This document shows, piece after piece, positions 50,656 through 61,104 of a DNA stretch of 64,000 bases. The notes below the pieces were generated by a model, which did not search any database, had not been told where the DNA came from, and was given only the letters and a program-made list of their open reading frames with translations. A program made the translations under genes and the position numbers. The stretch covers positions 128,001 to 192,000 of the forward strand of contig CAWDOD010000010.1 of NCBI GenBank assembly GCA_963803805.1, given 5' to 3'. The first letter of the stretch is position 1. Each line of letters starts with the position of its first letter. This DNA comes from an uncultured cyanobacterium. Its GTDB lineage: Bacteria > Cyanobacteriota > Cyanobacteriia > Cyanobacteriales > CAWCAG01.

Positions 50656-52083
50656 ATGAATAACTCAACCGCTCCCACTATTATTGTCGGCGGAGGCTTT
50701 GTTGGACTTTTTACTGCTTTACATTTAAGCCATCGTCATTACGGTGATCCCGTTATCCTCATTGATTCTCAAGAACGTTTTGTTTTTAAACCCTTACTCT
50801 ATGAATACTTAACAGGGGAGATGCAAGACGAACAGGTTTTACCCCGCTACGAAGAACTATTAGAAGGTAGTGAGGTGACTTTTGTACAGGCTCAGGTAAA
50901 GAGTATTGATTTAGAGCAACATCAAGTAGAATTAGCTTCGGGTTTACATTACAACTATCGTTATCTGGTGTTAGGAGTAGGGAGTACCCAAGGCTATTTT
51001 GGCACGGAGGGAGCCAAAGAAAACGCTTTTCCCTTTCGGACTCAAGAAGATGCAATCAGCTTAGAACGACACCTCAGAGATTGTTTGCAGCAAGCTAGCC
51101 ACACCGAAGAGCCGCAAGTACGTCGCTCCTTACTAACTATAGCAGTAGTTGGGGCAGGGCCTTCAGGGGTGGAGATGGCAGCTACCCTGGCTGACTTATT
51201 ACCCAGTTGGTATGACAAGTTAGGCGGCAATATTCAAGATATTCGCATTGTTGTAGTTAATCACTCTCAAGAAATTTTATCCGGTGATGTCAACTCTCAT
51301 CTACAAGAAACAGCCCTTGAAGCTTTGAAAAGTCGTACTGTACCTGTTGAATTAATGCTAGGGGTAAAAGTTACCGGTGTAGATTCAGGCTGTTTGCAGT
51401 ATCAACACAAGGATAAAGAGGAAGCAGAAACCTTATTTACCCAAACTACAATTTGGACGGCTGGTACGGCAACTAACCCTTTAATTGAATTTTTAGAGGG
51501 GATCAAACCAGAAAATAAAGATAAGCATGGTTTACCTTTGGTAACTTCTGCCTTGCAGTTACCTGACTTTCCCGAAGTATTTGCAGCAGGAGACTGTGGG
51601 GTAGTAAAGACACATCCTCTACCCCCTGTAGCCCAAATTGCCTATCAACAGGGTGCGGGTATTGCCGATAATTTGATTGCCCTGTCTCAGGATAAAGAGC
51701 TTCATGCAGTTGAAGTAACCATGAAGGGAACCCTAATGAAATTAGGCATTAATAACGGGGTTGCTAATCTGTTCAATAAAATTCAGGTAACAGGAAAAAC
51801 TGGAGATTTAATTCGCAACGGGACTTATTTAGAACTGTTGCCAACTCCTGTTCACAACTTCAAAGCTACTACCGATTGGCTAATAGACGAAATCTTTGCT
51901 CCTCACCAGCCACCAGAATCGATTACAACTCCGACGAGAAAATCTCAACTCAATCGAATTGCTGTCTGGGTTAGCGGTACAATCGCTGCGATCGCCTTAA
52001 TTGCTGGTTCGATAGTAGTATGGCGCACAACTCAACCTTCCCCTCCCCAACAACCTACCCAAGAACAAGATGTGGGTGAATAA
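50656..52083 (+). CDS. Type II NADH dehydrogenase-like NAD(P)/FAD oxidoreductase
   Basis: IVGGGFVG, FKPLLYE, VVGAGPSGVEMA, FAAGDC, AQIAYQQG; C-terminal TM. Confidence 0.9.
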   Translation: MNNSTAPTIIVGGGFVGLFTALHLSHRHYGDPVILIDSQERFVFKPLLYEYLTGEMQDEQVLPRYEELLEGSEVTFVQAQVKSIDLEQHQVELASGLHYNYRYLVLGVGSTQGYFGTEGAKENAFPFRTQEDAISLERHLRDCLQQASHTEEPQVRRSLLTIAVVGAGPSGVEMAATLADLLPSWYDKLGGNIQDIRIVVVNHSQEILSGDVNSHLQETALEALKSRTVPVELMLGVKVTGVDSGCLQYQHKDKEEAETLFTQTTIWTAGTATNPLIEFLEGIKPENKDKHGLPLVTSALQLPDFPEVFAAGDCGVVKTHPLPPVAQIAYQQGAGIADNLIALSQDKELHAVEVTMKGTLMKLGINNGVANLFNKIQVTGKTGDLIRNGTYLELLPTPVHNFKATTDWLIDEIFAPHQPPESITTPTRKSQLNRIAVWVSGTIAAIALIAGSIVVWRTTQPSPPQQPTQEQDVGE

Positions 52084-52163
52084 GATCCAGTCCGTTTAAA
52101 TACTGATGATTTATTTTAGGAGCTAGGGAAGTAGAGAGTTTTTGTAATCATAGCTTGTTCTTT

Positions 52164-53613
52164 CTATTTCATTTTACCTCGCAACTCCATTGTCCAAACC
52201 ACAGCACTAACAACTACTGCCCCACAAAGAATCAGTGTCGCAACATGAAAAGCACCTTGCAGCCCTTGCACTAGAGCTTCAGGGGGAGCATTGGTAACAT
52301 CGATTTTTCCTGCCCCTTTAATACTAGCGATCGCAAAGGTTGAAAACAAAGCTCCAATTAAAGGCACACCAGTGGTTTGCCCTAAAGTACGTGATAAAGA
52401 TAATAAACCAGAAGCAATACCTAATCTTTCTCGCGGTACTCCCCCCATGATAGCACTGTTGTTAGGGGATTGAAACATACCTAATCCCAAGCCAAAAGGA
52501 GCAACTCGCAGGATGTAACCTAAGTCGGTTAACTGAGTATTGAAAGTACTTATTAACCCACAGCCAATTACCATCAAAATCAGACCCATTAAACTAATTA
52601 ATCGGGGGCCAAAACGAATCCGATAAGCGGCCGGATATTGGTGCAACTATACCACCCAAGATTGGTGCTACAGCCAGAAGTAAGCCCACTTGTTGGGTAG
52701 AATACTGTAATACTAATTCCAGGAAAAAAGGTAAGACAAAAATCACCCCAGCAATAACCACAAAAACCAAAACTCCAGTCAACAAACCCAGGCTAAATTG
52801 CAAGTTGCGAAAAACTGCTAAATCTAACATAGGTTGTTTGAGGCGTGCTTGTAAAAAGACAAAAGCTATTACACAAATGGCAGTAATTGCTAGCAGAGTT
52901 AAAGTTATAGGACTGTTAAATCCTTGTTTTTGCCCCTCTGTCATGCCAATAGCAAAGCAGGTAAGAGTGACTACTGCTAGCAAAGCCCCCAGAAAATCAA
53001 AACGCTGTCCAGCGCTGCTACTACTAGAAGAAGGGACAAAACGAAAAACAATAAAGCTAGCCAAAATACCAATGGGTACATTGACTAAAAACAGACTACG
53101 CCAACCTGACAAACCGATTAGTAAGCCCCCTACAGTAGGGCCTAGGGATACACCTAAAGAAACAACCGCCCCAATAATTCCTAAAGCTTGGCCTCGTTCC
53201 GATGCTGGGAAAACTTCGGTAATAATTGCTGCACCAAGGGCAGAGATAAACACAGCACCCATACCTTGCAAAGCTCGAAAAGCAATGAGAAAATATTCAG
53301 AAGAGGAAAGCCCACACAATAAGGAACTGATGGTGAAAATAGTCAACCCACCTAAGTAAAGTTTTTTCTTGCCATACATATCTCCCAACCGTGCTGCACC
53401 GAGAACAAAAGCAGTCACAACCAGTAAATAACTCAGGACGACTAATTGAATAGTTGCAAAGTTAGTCTGGAAAGCCTTAACTAAAGTGGGTAATGCGATA
53501 TTAACAATACTGCTGTCAATGGTGAACATAAGCACTCCCAAACCAACGCCCAGCATTGCCCACCATTTTTGGTTAGGAGGAGTCGCATTAGTAGTTGCAC
53601 GAGTATTTCTCAT
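52164..53613 (-). pseudogene. DHA2 (EmrB/QacA-type) MFS transporter split by a +1 frameshift
   Basis: IDSSIVNIALP, RLGDMYGKK, GPTVGG, FQSPNNSAIM; removing one base at 52617-52618 restores GRLSDRFGPR. Confidence 0.85.
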
Positions 53614-53698
53614 TGAGTTTCGGTTATTTGGTTATTAGTTATAAAATTCTCTTTTCTAACCTAGCTAATTCCGTGGTAGGAAAGAAACATCATATAAG

Positions 53699-53941
53699 CT
53701 ATGCAGTGAGAAAAAAGAGAATCAATACTAAACTAAGACTCGTGGCAAAAAGCAAAGCATACTCTAACTTGCGACTGAGTACACCTACAATAATAATTAA
53801 GCCAATCACAAGCAAGAAAACGCCAGCATAAATTAGATGTTCGGCTTTGTAATTCATTAAAGGATCTTTTTGAGTTGGTTGTTCTGCAATCAGCGAATTG
53901 AGTTCTAATTTTCTGTTCATGAAAAAGCTTGCTTCTCTCAT
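53699..53941 (-). CDS. Small two-TM hypothetical protein
   Basis: Two hydrophobic helices; ATGA overlap with the GMC stop; start uncertain. Confidence 0.55.
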   Translation of the reverse strand: MREASFFMNRKLELNSLIAEQPTQKDPLMNYKAEHLIYAGVFLLVIGLIIIVGVLSRKLEYALLFATSLSLVLILFFLTA

Positions 53942-55518
53942 TTTCCTCTATTTAAACGCTCTTTTAAATGCTCTGCTATCCTGATAGCATTGGCAATAAT
54001 CGTCAAAGTAGGATTTACTCCAGAATTAGAAGGAAAGAAACTACCATCAACGACATAGAGATTATCTACGTCGTGGGTGCTACAGTTAAGGTCTAAAACT
54101 GAAGTTTTGGGTTCTTCCCCAAAGGGACAAGTGCCGCACTGATGAGCCACAGCCGATAGGTGCATTTCATTACGAGGATAGATGCCAAAGGGAAGAATGT
54201 GGTGTGCTGTTTTGTCAACTTGTTTTAATACTTCACTCCAACGATGAATTAGTCTATCTCTGGCTTCGATGTTGTTAGGAGTGTAGTGAAGCTCTAAAGT
54301 ATCACCGTGGGCTTTAACCCGATTGTTAGGGTTTGGTAAATCTTCGGTTTGCAGCCACCAACCAGTTGCATGGCGGGACAAAGCCTCTAACCCTGCCCCT
54401 GGTATCAATTTAACCAAAGGAGCTAGCAATGGTGGTGCTTCTGCTGGCATCATGTCGGCTTTAACGTTACCGGTATTCTGCACCATGCCCATGGGATAGG
54501 GGAAATCGCTTTCTCCCCAATAAAAATCATTAAAAGCAATAGTTTTTTGATAAACTGCGGGGTTAGGTTCTTCACTAAAAGCAACCAAGGCAGTTGCTAG
54601 GTGTTTCATCAAATTACGTCCCACCAAATCGGAACTATTTGCCAATCCGTTGGGATGTCTATCATTTGCAGAACGTAATAGCAAAGCTGCCGAATTGATT
54701 GCACCGCAGGAAACAACAACCACATCTCCCTTAAATCTTTGGCTGTAACCGTTAACTTCTGCCCTGACTTCGGTGATTTCTCGACCAGATTCGCTAGTAT
54801 AGAGTCGCTCCACTTTTGTTCCTGTTAACAGAGTAACGTTAGGATATTCTAAAGCAGGACGAATCCCATTGACTTCCCCATCAGCTTTAGCTTGAACTAA
54901 ACAGGGATAACCATCACAGGTATCGCAGCGAATACAATTACTGAGAAACGAATTGACTTCGTTTAGTTTGATTCCCAAGGGGAGGTGAAAGGGATTGTAA
55001 CCCAAACTTTGCAGGCGATCGCTAATCTCCTGCATCCTTGGTTCATGGCTAACTGGTGGATGGTAATAATCCTCAAACCTCTTAGGTTCAGTTGGATCTT
55101 CACTCCTTTTGCCGTGTACGTTATAAAGTTTTTCTGCCTGGGTATAGTAAGGTTCAAAGTCGCGATATTTAAGGGGCCATGCGGGAGATATCCCCCCTTT
55201 ATGCTGCACTTGTTCAAAGTCTCTTTCTCTCAAACGTAATAAGGCTGCACCGTACACTTTGGTGTTGCCACCGACAAAATAGCAGGTTTGAGGATGAAAG
55301 GTTTTACCAGTTTTGTCGTACCATTGTTCATTGGTAAAATAACGCTGGTTTTGATAAACTTCTTTGGCATTCCAATTATCCTTTTCTCGCGGTAGAAACT
55401 CGCCTCGTTCGAGAATCAGGATTTGTTTACCCGTTGGTGCTAATTGACGGGCTAAAGTACCGCCTCCTGCCCCTGTACCAATAATAATTAGATCGTAGTG
55501 TTGGTTATTAACGCTCAT
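53938..55518 (-). CDS. GMC family flavoprotein oxidoreductase
   Basis: IIGTGAGGG, VGGNTKVYG, CIRCDTCDGYPC, VGRNLMKH, HQCGT, NLYVVDGSFFP, NPTLT. Confidence 0.94.
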   Translation of the reverse strand: MSVNNQHYDLIIIGTGAGGGTLARQLAPTGKQILILERGEFLPREKDNWNAKEVYQNQRYFTNEQWYDKTGKTFHPQTCYFVGGNTKVYGAALLRLRERDFEQVQHKGGISPAWPLKYRDFEPYYTQAEKLYNVHGKRSEDPTEPKRFEDYYHPPVSHEPRMQEISDRLQSLGYNPFHLPLGIKLNEVNSFLSNCIRCDTCDGYPCLVQAKADGEVNGIRPALEYPNVTLLTGTKVERLYTSESGREITEVRAEVNGYSQRFKGDVVVVSCGAINSAALLLRSANDRHPNGLANSSDLVGRNLMKHLATALVAFSEEPNPAVYQKTIAFNDFYWGESDFPYPMGMVQNTGNVKADMMPAEAPPLLAPLVKLIPGAGLEALSRHATGWWLQTEDLPNPNNRVKAHGDTLELHYTPNNIEARDRLIHRWSEVLKQVDKTAHHILPFGIYPRNEMHLSAVAHQCGTCPFGEEPKTSVLDLNCSTHDVDNLYVVDGSFFPSNSGVNPTLTIIANAIRIAEHLKERLNRGK

Positions 55519-55540
55519 GTTTGGTATTTATTGAATTAGT

Positions 55541-55643
55541 TATAGCGTTTCTCAAGTTTATGAGGTACATTTACCCGTAGCCTAAACGCTTCCGGAACCT
55601 AAAACCAAAGTTTTTGCACCTCACCAGTACAAGAATTGCCATA
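55541..55643. repeat. MITE-like element with long imperfect TATAGC...TGAGGTACA terminal IRs
   Basis: Left TATAGCGTTTCTCAAGTTTATGAGGTACA; right end reverse-complemented TATGGCAATTCTTGTACTGGTGAGGTGCA. Confidence 0.6.
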
Positions 55644-55646
55644 TAT

Positions 55647-56414
55647 CTACTGTTCCTGATAGTTCCACAGCAAACCCCCATCAACGTAAAAAGTTGAACC
55701 TGTGATATATTTAGCTTCATCGGAAGCCAAGAAAGCTACAAGCCCAGATACATCTTTTGGTTCTCCCAAACGTCCTAAAGGGATGTTTTTAGTAACTTTT
55801 TGTAGTAGTTCGGGATTGTTGAGTAAGTCGTGATTAATCGGAGTTGCGATCGCGCCGGGAGCAACATTATTAATCGTAATACCCATAGAACCCAACTCTA
55901 CTGCCAGATTGCGAGTGATCATCTTCACACCACCTTTGCTAGCACAGTAAGAAGTAAAGTGAGGAAAAGGTAGTTCTTCGTGTACGGAACTAATATTGAT
56001 GATTTTGCCTTGATTATTTGTGGCTTTAAAATGCTTAACTACAGCTTGGGTAGCAAAAAAGACGGCTTTAAGATTAACATTTAATACCAAGTCGTAATCT
56101 GCTTCAGTTACATCCCAAAAGTCAGCACGTTTTTCTAGCCCAGCATTATTAACTAAAATATCTACTTTGCCAAAATGATTAATGCTTTGTTGAACTAAAT
56201 TGTTAATCTGTTCTACTTTGCTTAAGTCTGCCTGAACTATATAACCTTGAGAACCAGCTTGTTCAATTTTTGCTTTAGTTTTTTCCGCTTCATCAGGGTG
56301 AGTGTGATAATCAACTACAATTTTTGCTCCTTCTTGGGCTAAGCGTTGACAAATACTCTGTCCCAGCCCCCCGCTACCACCAGTTACAATTGCAACTTTT
56401 TCTGCTAATTTCAT
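55647..56414 (-). CDS. gdh: Glucose 1-dehydrogenase-like SDR
   Basis: TGGSGGLG, NNAG, ISSVHEELPFP, YCASK, PGAIATPIN. Confidence 0.85.
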   Translation of the reverse strand: MKLAEKVAIVTGGSGGLGQSICQRLAQEGAKIVVDYHTHPDEAEKTKAKIEQAGSQGYIVQADLSKVEQINNLVQQSINHFGKVDILVNNAGLEKRADFWDVTEADYDLVLNVNLKAVFFATQAVVKHFKATNNQGKIINISSVHEELPFPHFTSYCASKGGVKMITRNLAVELGSMGITINNVAPGAIATPINHDLLNNPELLQKVTKNIPLGRLGEPKDVSGLVAFLASDEAKYITGSTFYVDGGLLWNYQEQ

Positions 56415-56455
56415 TGTTTAAGCTCGTTTAAATTAATAGAGATTTCTATCCTTAA

Positions 56456-57025
56456 TTAAAAGGAAAGATTGGGAGAAATTATGGCATCAAGAGAATATAA
56501 TCCTGGTCCAAAGATGGTAATTACAACCATGATCAAAATATAAACAAAGGCTTTTTCATAACTCGGTTCTTCAGCTTTCCCTTTTGGTCCTTCATACATT
56601 CCTGGAAGATTCAAATAAGGATCACGGGCGATAAAAGGTTCCCCTCCTAAAACTTCTAACACTAAGGCAAATGCCATTGAACCTAAAATACCAATACTAG
56701 CTAAGGGAGTAAGAAAACCAGCAATCAAACAAAAACCGCCAACAAACATGGTTGTAGCACCAATAAAACAGAGAAATATTGGTATGTTATTAAGTGAGTC
56801 AGACCATTGTTTTAGGTGGGTTAATTTAGGGTAGCTGTGAAGGATAAAGATAATGCCAATGCAGACGCGAAAGATTAACAAAGTCCAGCTTTTTAGTTCT
56901 CCAGGAAAACTACTACTGGGATAAATCCAAGCTAGAGAAGTCGTCGTTGCTGATAGGGCAGGAACTTTAAATAAGATGCCGCTAGTTAAAAGAAAAGCGA
57001 CTACAGCGTAAATAAATTTAATCAT
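56456..57025 (-). CDS. DoxX family membrane protein
   Basis: LLIFRVCIGIIFILHSYPKL, GFLTPLAS, GPGLYSLDA. Confidence 0.85.
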   Translation of the reverse strand: MIKFIYAVVAFLLTSGILFKVPALSATTTSLAWIYPSSSFPGELKSWTLLIFRVCIGIIFILHSYPKLTHLKQWSDSLNNIPIFLCFIGATTMFVGGFCLIAGFLTPLASIGILGSMAFALVLEVLGGEPFIARDPYLNLPGMYEGPKGKAEEPSYEKAFVYILIMVVITIFGPGLYSLDAIISPNLSF

Positions 57026-57036
57026 TTTTTTAATCG

Positions 57037-57945
57037 TTAAGGTTGTTGTACACCCCTGGTATTAAGATCGATTGCATATAAAGAAGTTTTAGCGGTAATA
57101 AACAAGCGATCGCGATTTTTGCCGCCGAAAGTAAGATTAGTACATACTTCCGGCACAAGAATTTTTCCCAGTCCCTTACCATCAGGAGCATATACCTGTA
57201 TACTGTCAGCAGAACTGGTGAAGATGTTGCCATGTACATCGACACGCAAACCATCGGGTTCACCAGGCTCAACCTTGGTAAAGACTTTCCCGTCTTCAAC
57301 GTAGCGATTCTCTCTCACTTCGTAGACGCGGATGTAATGATGTTGCTGGGGATGCTCAAAAGCTGAAGTATCAGAAACGTATAAAAGAGTTTCATCAGGG
57401 CTGAAAGCAAGCCCGTTCGGTCGTTCCATCTCCTTAATAACTGCATCTATTTCCCCGGTTGTGGGGTCGAAACGATAGACAAAATCTCCCGCTTGTTCCT
57501 GTTCACCTCCGTATCCCTGATCTTCCTGGGTAAGACCAAAAACAGGGTCAGTAAACCAGATTGTGCCATCGCTTTTAACGACCAAATCATTGGGACTATT
57601 CAAACGCTTACCCTGATAGCGATCTACCAAAATTCGCCATTGCTCATCCTCTTCCCGTCGAATGATTGCTCTTTGCCCTGATGAACAGGAAACAAGACGA
57701 CCTTGTAAATCACGATAATTGCCACTTTGATAATGGGATGGTTGACGAATAACTTGATTACCATCAGCAGGACTCCAACGCAACAAGCGGTTGTCGTGAG
57801 CATCACTCCAGATTACACTATCATCCTCATAAAAATAAACTGGCCCTTCTCCATGAACTGCACCACTTGTAAGTTTTTTTAGGGTGGCATTTGGGGGCAA
57901 CAAAGCTTTGGCGCGATCGTCATAAATTTCAATAGCTTCAGGCAT
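57037..57945 (-). CDS. SMP-30/gluconolactonase family protein
   Basis: GEGPVY, LNSPNDL, IWFTDP, PNGLAFSPDE, PDGLRVD, NLTFGG. Confidence 0.93.
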   Translation of the reverse strand: MPEAIEIYDDRAKALLPPNATLKKLTSGAVHGEGPVYFYEDDSVIWSDAHDNRLLRWSPADGNQVIRQPSHYQSGNYRDLQGRLVSCSSGQRAIIRREEDEQWRILVDRYQGKRLNSPNDLVVKSDGTIWFTDPVFGLTQEDQGYGGEQEQAGDFVYRFDPTTGEIDAVIKEMERPNGLAFSPDETLLYVSDTSAFEHPQQHHYIRVYEVRENRYVEDGKVFTKVEPGEPDGLRVDVHGNIFTSSADSIQVYAPDGKGLGKILVPEVCTNLTFGGKNRDRLFITAKTSLYAIDLNTRGVQQP

Positions 57946-58000
57946 GACAAGATTGGTTGATAAGCTAATAACTTTCAGAAGATTACCTTAATAATTTGCT

Positions 58001-58447
58001 TTAGGCAAAGTCCCCAGGTTGTGCTGCTAGCCATTGCTTATCCTTTAACTGCACCACCATCAACACTGCTGGCTCATTACCTACTGTACCTGATAGATGT
58101 CCTTGATGTCCTTGACTGTTTGCTTTGGTGTTTTGGTCACCACCAAAAGAAACTTCACCGGGACCCATCTCTACACGAGTACCATCCATGGTTTCCACAA
58201 ACCATCGTCCCGATAAAGGTACAATCCACTGGGGCTGGGGATTTTCATGCCACTCACCAACCCAGCCCACTGGCTGCACCGTAAATAAAACTTCAGCATT
58301 GCTACTAAGCAAGCGATTATTCCATTGGGGATCTGCATCCCCTCCCATACTTTCTTTAGCAAAGTCTGTTAACTCACAGCGAGTCTGGTGGCTAATACCC
58401 TCTTCATCAGTCCAGACGTGCCAGTATTCTACTTTTGGTTTACTCAT
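58001..58447 (-). CDS. Cupin domain protein
   Basis: WHENPQPQW...LSG...E..DG...MGPGE...GH.S. Confidence 0.8.
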   Translation of the reverse strand: MSKPKVEYWHVWTDEEGISHQTRCELTDFAKESMGGDADPQWNNRLLSSNAEVLFTVQPVGWVGEWHENPQPQWIVPLSGRWFVETMDGTRVEMGPGEVSFGGDQNTKANSQGHQGHLSGTVGNEPAVLMVVQLKDKQWLAAQPGDFA

Positions 58448-58490
58448 CTCAAATTCCTTATTATTAGTTTAAAGCTTATAGAGTGGCAGA

Positions 58491-59494
58491 TTACAAAGCA
58501 ATTAGCATCATTGCGTGTCCGTTAGGATCTTTAACCAAACAACCTTGACTATAAGGATAGGAATTGGGAAACTGAACGATGTAGGGCGAGATGATTTCAA
58601 CTCCACTTTCTCGCAGTACCTTAACGGCTTGCACAATATTATTAACAACAAGCTGTACTTGCATCGTGGCAATGTCGTAACTTTGCCAATTATCGGGGAA
58701 CGGACGACCTGTTTCAGGGACGATGTAATCGAGTAATTCTATTCCCAAACCTCCTTGTTTGGGTCGCGTTGCCGTTACTCGCACTTTAGCTTCTGGTAAG
58801 CCATCAAGATGGGCCTGAATTTCTCCAGAGTTAAGATTGCTTTGTTCAATCTCCATCCCCAACAAGTCCCGATAAAAGGTTAGACTCTGTTCTGTATTGG
58901 CTACTGCGATCGCACTATGATCAATTCCTAAAAATAATTCTTCTGTGTTTTGTTGCCACTTAACTTTGCTTTGTTCTGGTGGAAACCAAATTATTTCTAA
59001 ATCATGACCGTCTGGAATCTTTGAATTTAAAAGCACGTATACCTGAAGGCAGGGTTTGTAGGCCCCTAGAAATTGGCTTGATAGAAAAAGATTTTAGATG
59101 ATCGTAAGCGCAATCTATATCCCTAACAACAATGGCCAGATGTTGAAACCAAAGGTCATTACTTTGGGAATCTTCAGGAATCGGTTTTCCTTTGGTATGG
59201 GAATACTCGATTAATTCAACAAGTTCATCCCCAAGCTGCAAGGTAACAATGCGAATCTCAGTCGGCTTTATTCCTTCAAGTTTGCTATAAAAATCTCTTT
59301 TAGCAACAGAGATCAGAAACTAGTTTAAACGAAAGTGCTTGAGTGTAAAAATTTAGGGATTGGTCAATATTGGTTACTGTTGAACTAATCCCTCGAATTT
59401 TTTCTACTTGGATGCCTTTGCAAGAGTTGAATGTAGTTTCCATATTCTTTTCTCTAGCTTGGATACTTTCTAGTTTACTTTGAGGATATGACAA
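58491..59494 (-). pseudogene. Two-domain VOC/glyoxalase protein split by two frameshifts
   Basis: SLNFYTQALSF, WFQHLAIVV, FKFKDPDGHDLE (after repair), GIDHSAIAV, KDPNGH; shifts near 59016 and 59308. Confidence 0.82.
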
Positions 59495-59577
59495 ACAAGT
59501 TTTGATGTTGTGTCAATATTGTGTACTCGTATTAAAAGATTAAAGTGACTAGGAGTAAAATTGATCATTGTTCATGA

Positions 59578-60951
59578 CTAACTGATTAACCCCAACTCCT
59601 GACGCAAGCGATAGAGAATCGTATTCGGTTCCACTTGAGAAAGAATTTCTTGAATCACTGTACTGGGGCCTAAATTTCCCCAACTACAACCTCTTTCTAA
59701 ATATTCTTGGGCTACTTTCCCCACCGCATAAGCCCCATAACCAGCAATGCCTCCTTGGGTTGCAGCGGTAGTTGCATAGGTGGCAATACCCATAGGACTT
59801 TCTAAAATAGCTGTCTTCCCTAAACCCAAAACCGCACTACTACCAATTTCTCCTAACAATAAACCGCCAGAACTAACCAGAATTTTACGCCATAACTTCC
59901 CGGCTTCAAAACTTGTCATGGGTAAACCATACAAACGTGCCAACGAACGAATTAGGGCTAAATCGGCGATCGCACCTCCCAAGACATCAAGAATCGCCAA
60001 AGGATTGAAAGCGACTGCTACGGCTTTATACTTGGCATAGCGCCAAATGATTTGTTCTGCTTCGCTTTGCCGCAACTCTAAGGTTTTCTTGGCGATTTGC
60101 GTTTCTGCTGCTTGGGCTTGAAAGAGGGCATTTATGGCTAATAGGGATCGCCCTTCTCGATTTAAAATCTGAAAAATCTTTTCTTTGAGTTCATCTATTT
60201 GAGGTGGAGGGGTTTCCCACTCTTGGGTTTCGCTACCATCAGGCCATTCTACCCGAACTCGAATAGGTTTAGGTTCTGCGGCAATGAGAACAATTTCTTC
60301 AGGGGACAATATCTGGTTGATTTGTCCACCATCACTTGCTTCTAATTGTTGTAGCTGTTGATAAATTTCTTGACGATCTTTTTCAGGGAAGAGGTCAATT
60401 TTGTTAAATATAAGAATTAAGGGCTTATGGCTATCCCGCAATTCTACTAAAGCATCGTATTCTGTCCGAGTAATATCCCCAGCAATAATAAACAGAATCA
60501 AATCAGACTGGCTAGCTACTTCTTTCGCCATCGCTGCCCTGGCTTCCCCTGCTATCTCATCTAACCCCGGAGTATCCACCAACTCCACTTGAATTTTACC
60601 CCCAGGATGCCAACGTACAGCTTTGGGCCATTTAGTTACGCCGTTTAGGGGGCCAGTTTCTAAGACATTCTGCCCCAACAAAGCATTAACCACAGAAGAT
60701 TTACCTCGACTAACCAAACCAAAAGCAGCGATGCGAATAACTTTTTGGTCTAATTTTTCCAGGGCAGATTTTAAAGATTGTAATTCTTGGCGTACAGAAG
60801 CTTGCAATTCTAAATCTGGGGTACGATCACCATGGCGGCGAAACTTACCATACCAAGATAAAGCTTGTTGTAAGCTAGCCCTAGCTTGATTAAAGTGGGT
60901 TTCTTGGCAAGAATAGCTGGTAGTTTCTGGGGTATCAGTAGGAGAACTCAA
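59578..60951 (-). CDS. GTP-binding protein with DUF697 (YcjF-like) C-terminus
   Basis: GLVSRGKS, DTPG, NKID; start uncertain (ORF extends to 61062; TTG at 60951 chosen). Confidence 0.85.
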   Translation of the reverse strand: MSSPTDTPETTSYSCQETHFNQARASLQQALSWYGKFRRHGDRTPDLELQASVRQELQSLKSALEKLDQKVIRIAAFGLVSRGKSSVVNALLGQNVLETGPLNGVTKWPKAVRWHPGGKIQVELVDTPGLDEIAGEARAAMAKEVASQSDLILFIIAGDITRTEYDALVELRDSHKPLILIFNKIDLFPEKDRQEIYQQLQQLEASDGGQINQILSPEEIVLIAAEPKPIRVRVEWPDGSETQEWETPPPQIDELKEKIFQILNREGRSLLAINALFQAQAAETQIAKKTLELRQSEAEQIIWRYAKYKAVAVAFNPLAILDVLGGAIADLALIRSLARLYGLPMTSFEAGKLWRKILVSSGGLLLGEIGSSAVLGLGKTAILESPMGIATYATTAATQGGIAGYGAYAVGKVAQEYLERGCSWGNLGPSTVIQEILSQVEPNTILYRLRQELGLIS

Positions 60952-61104
60952 GGTTAAAGGAAATTGAATATTTCTATCTACTATTGTGGCCAAAGATCCT
61001 ATCTCGGAGGAAAATAAAAAGGTGCGGATCTCCCTAGTATTGGTAATACGGGTTGCCCCCATATTTCACGCTGTAGCTTTTGTCCTTAGTCATTTTTGAG
61101 AATT

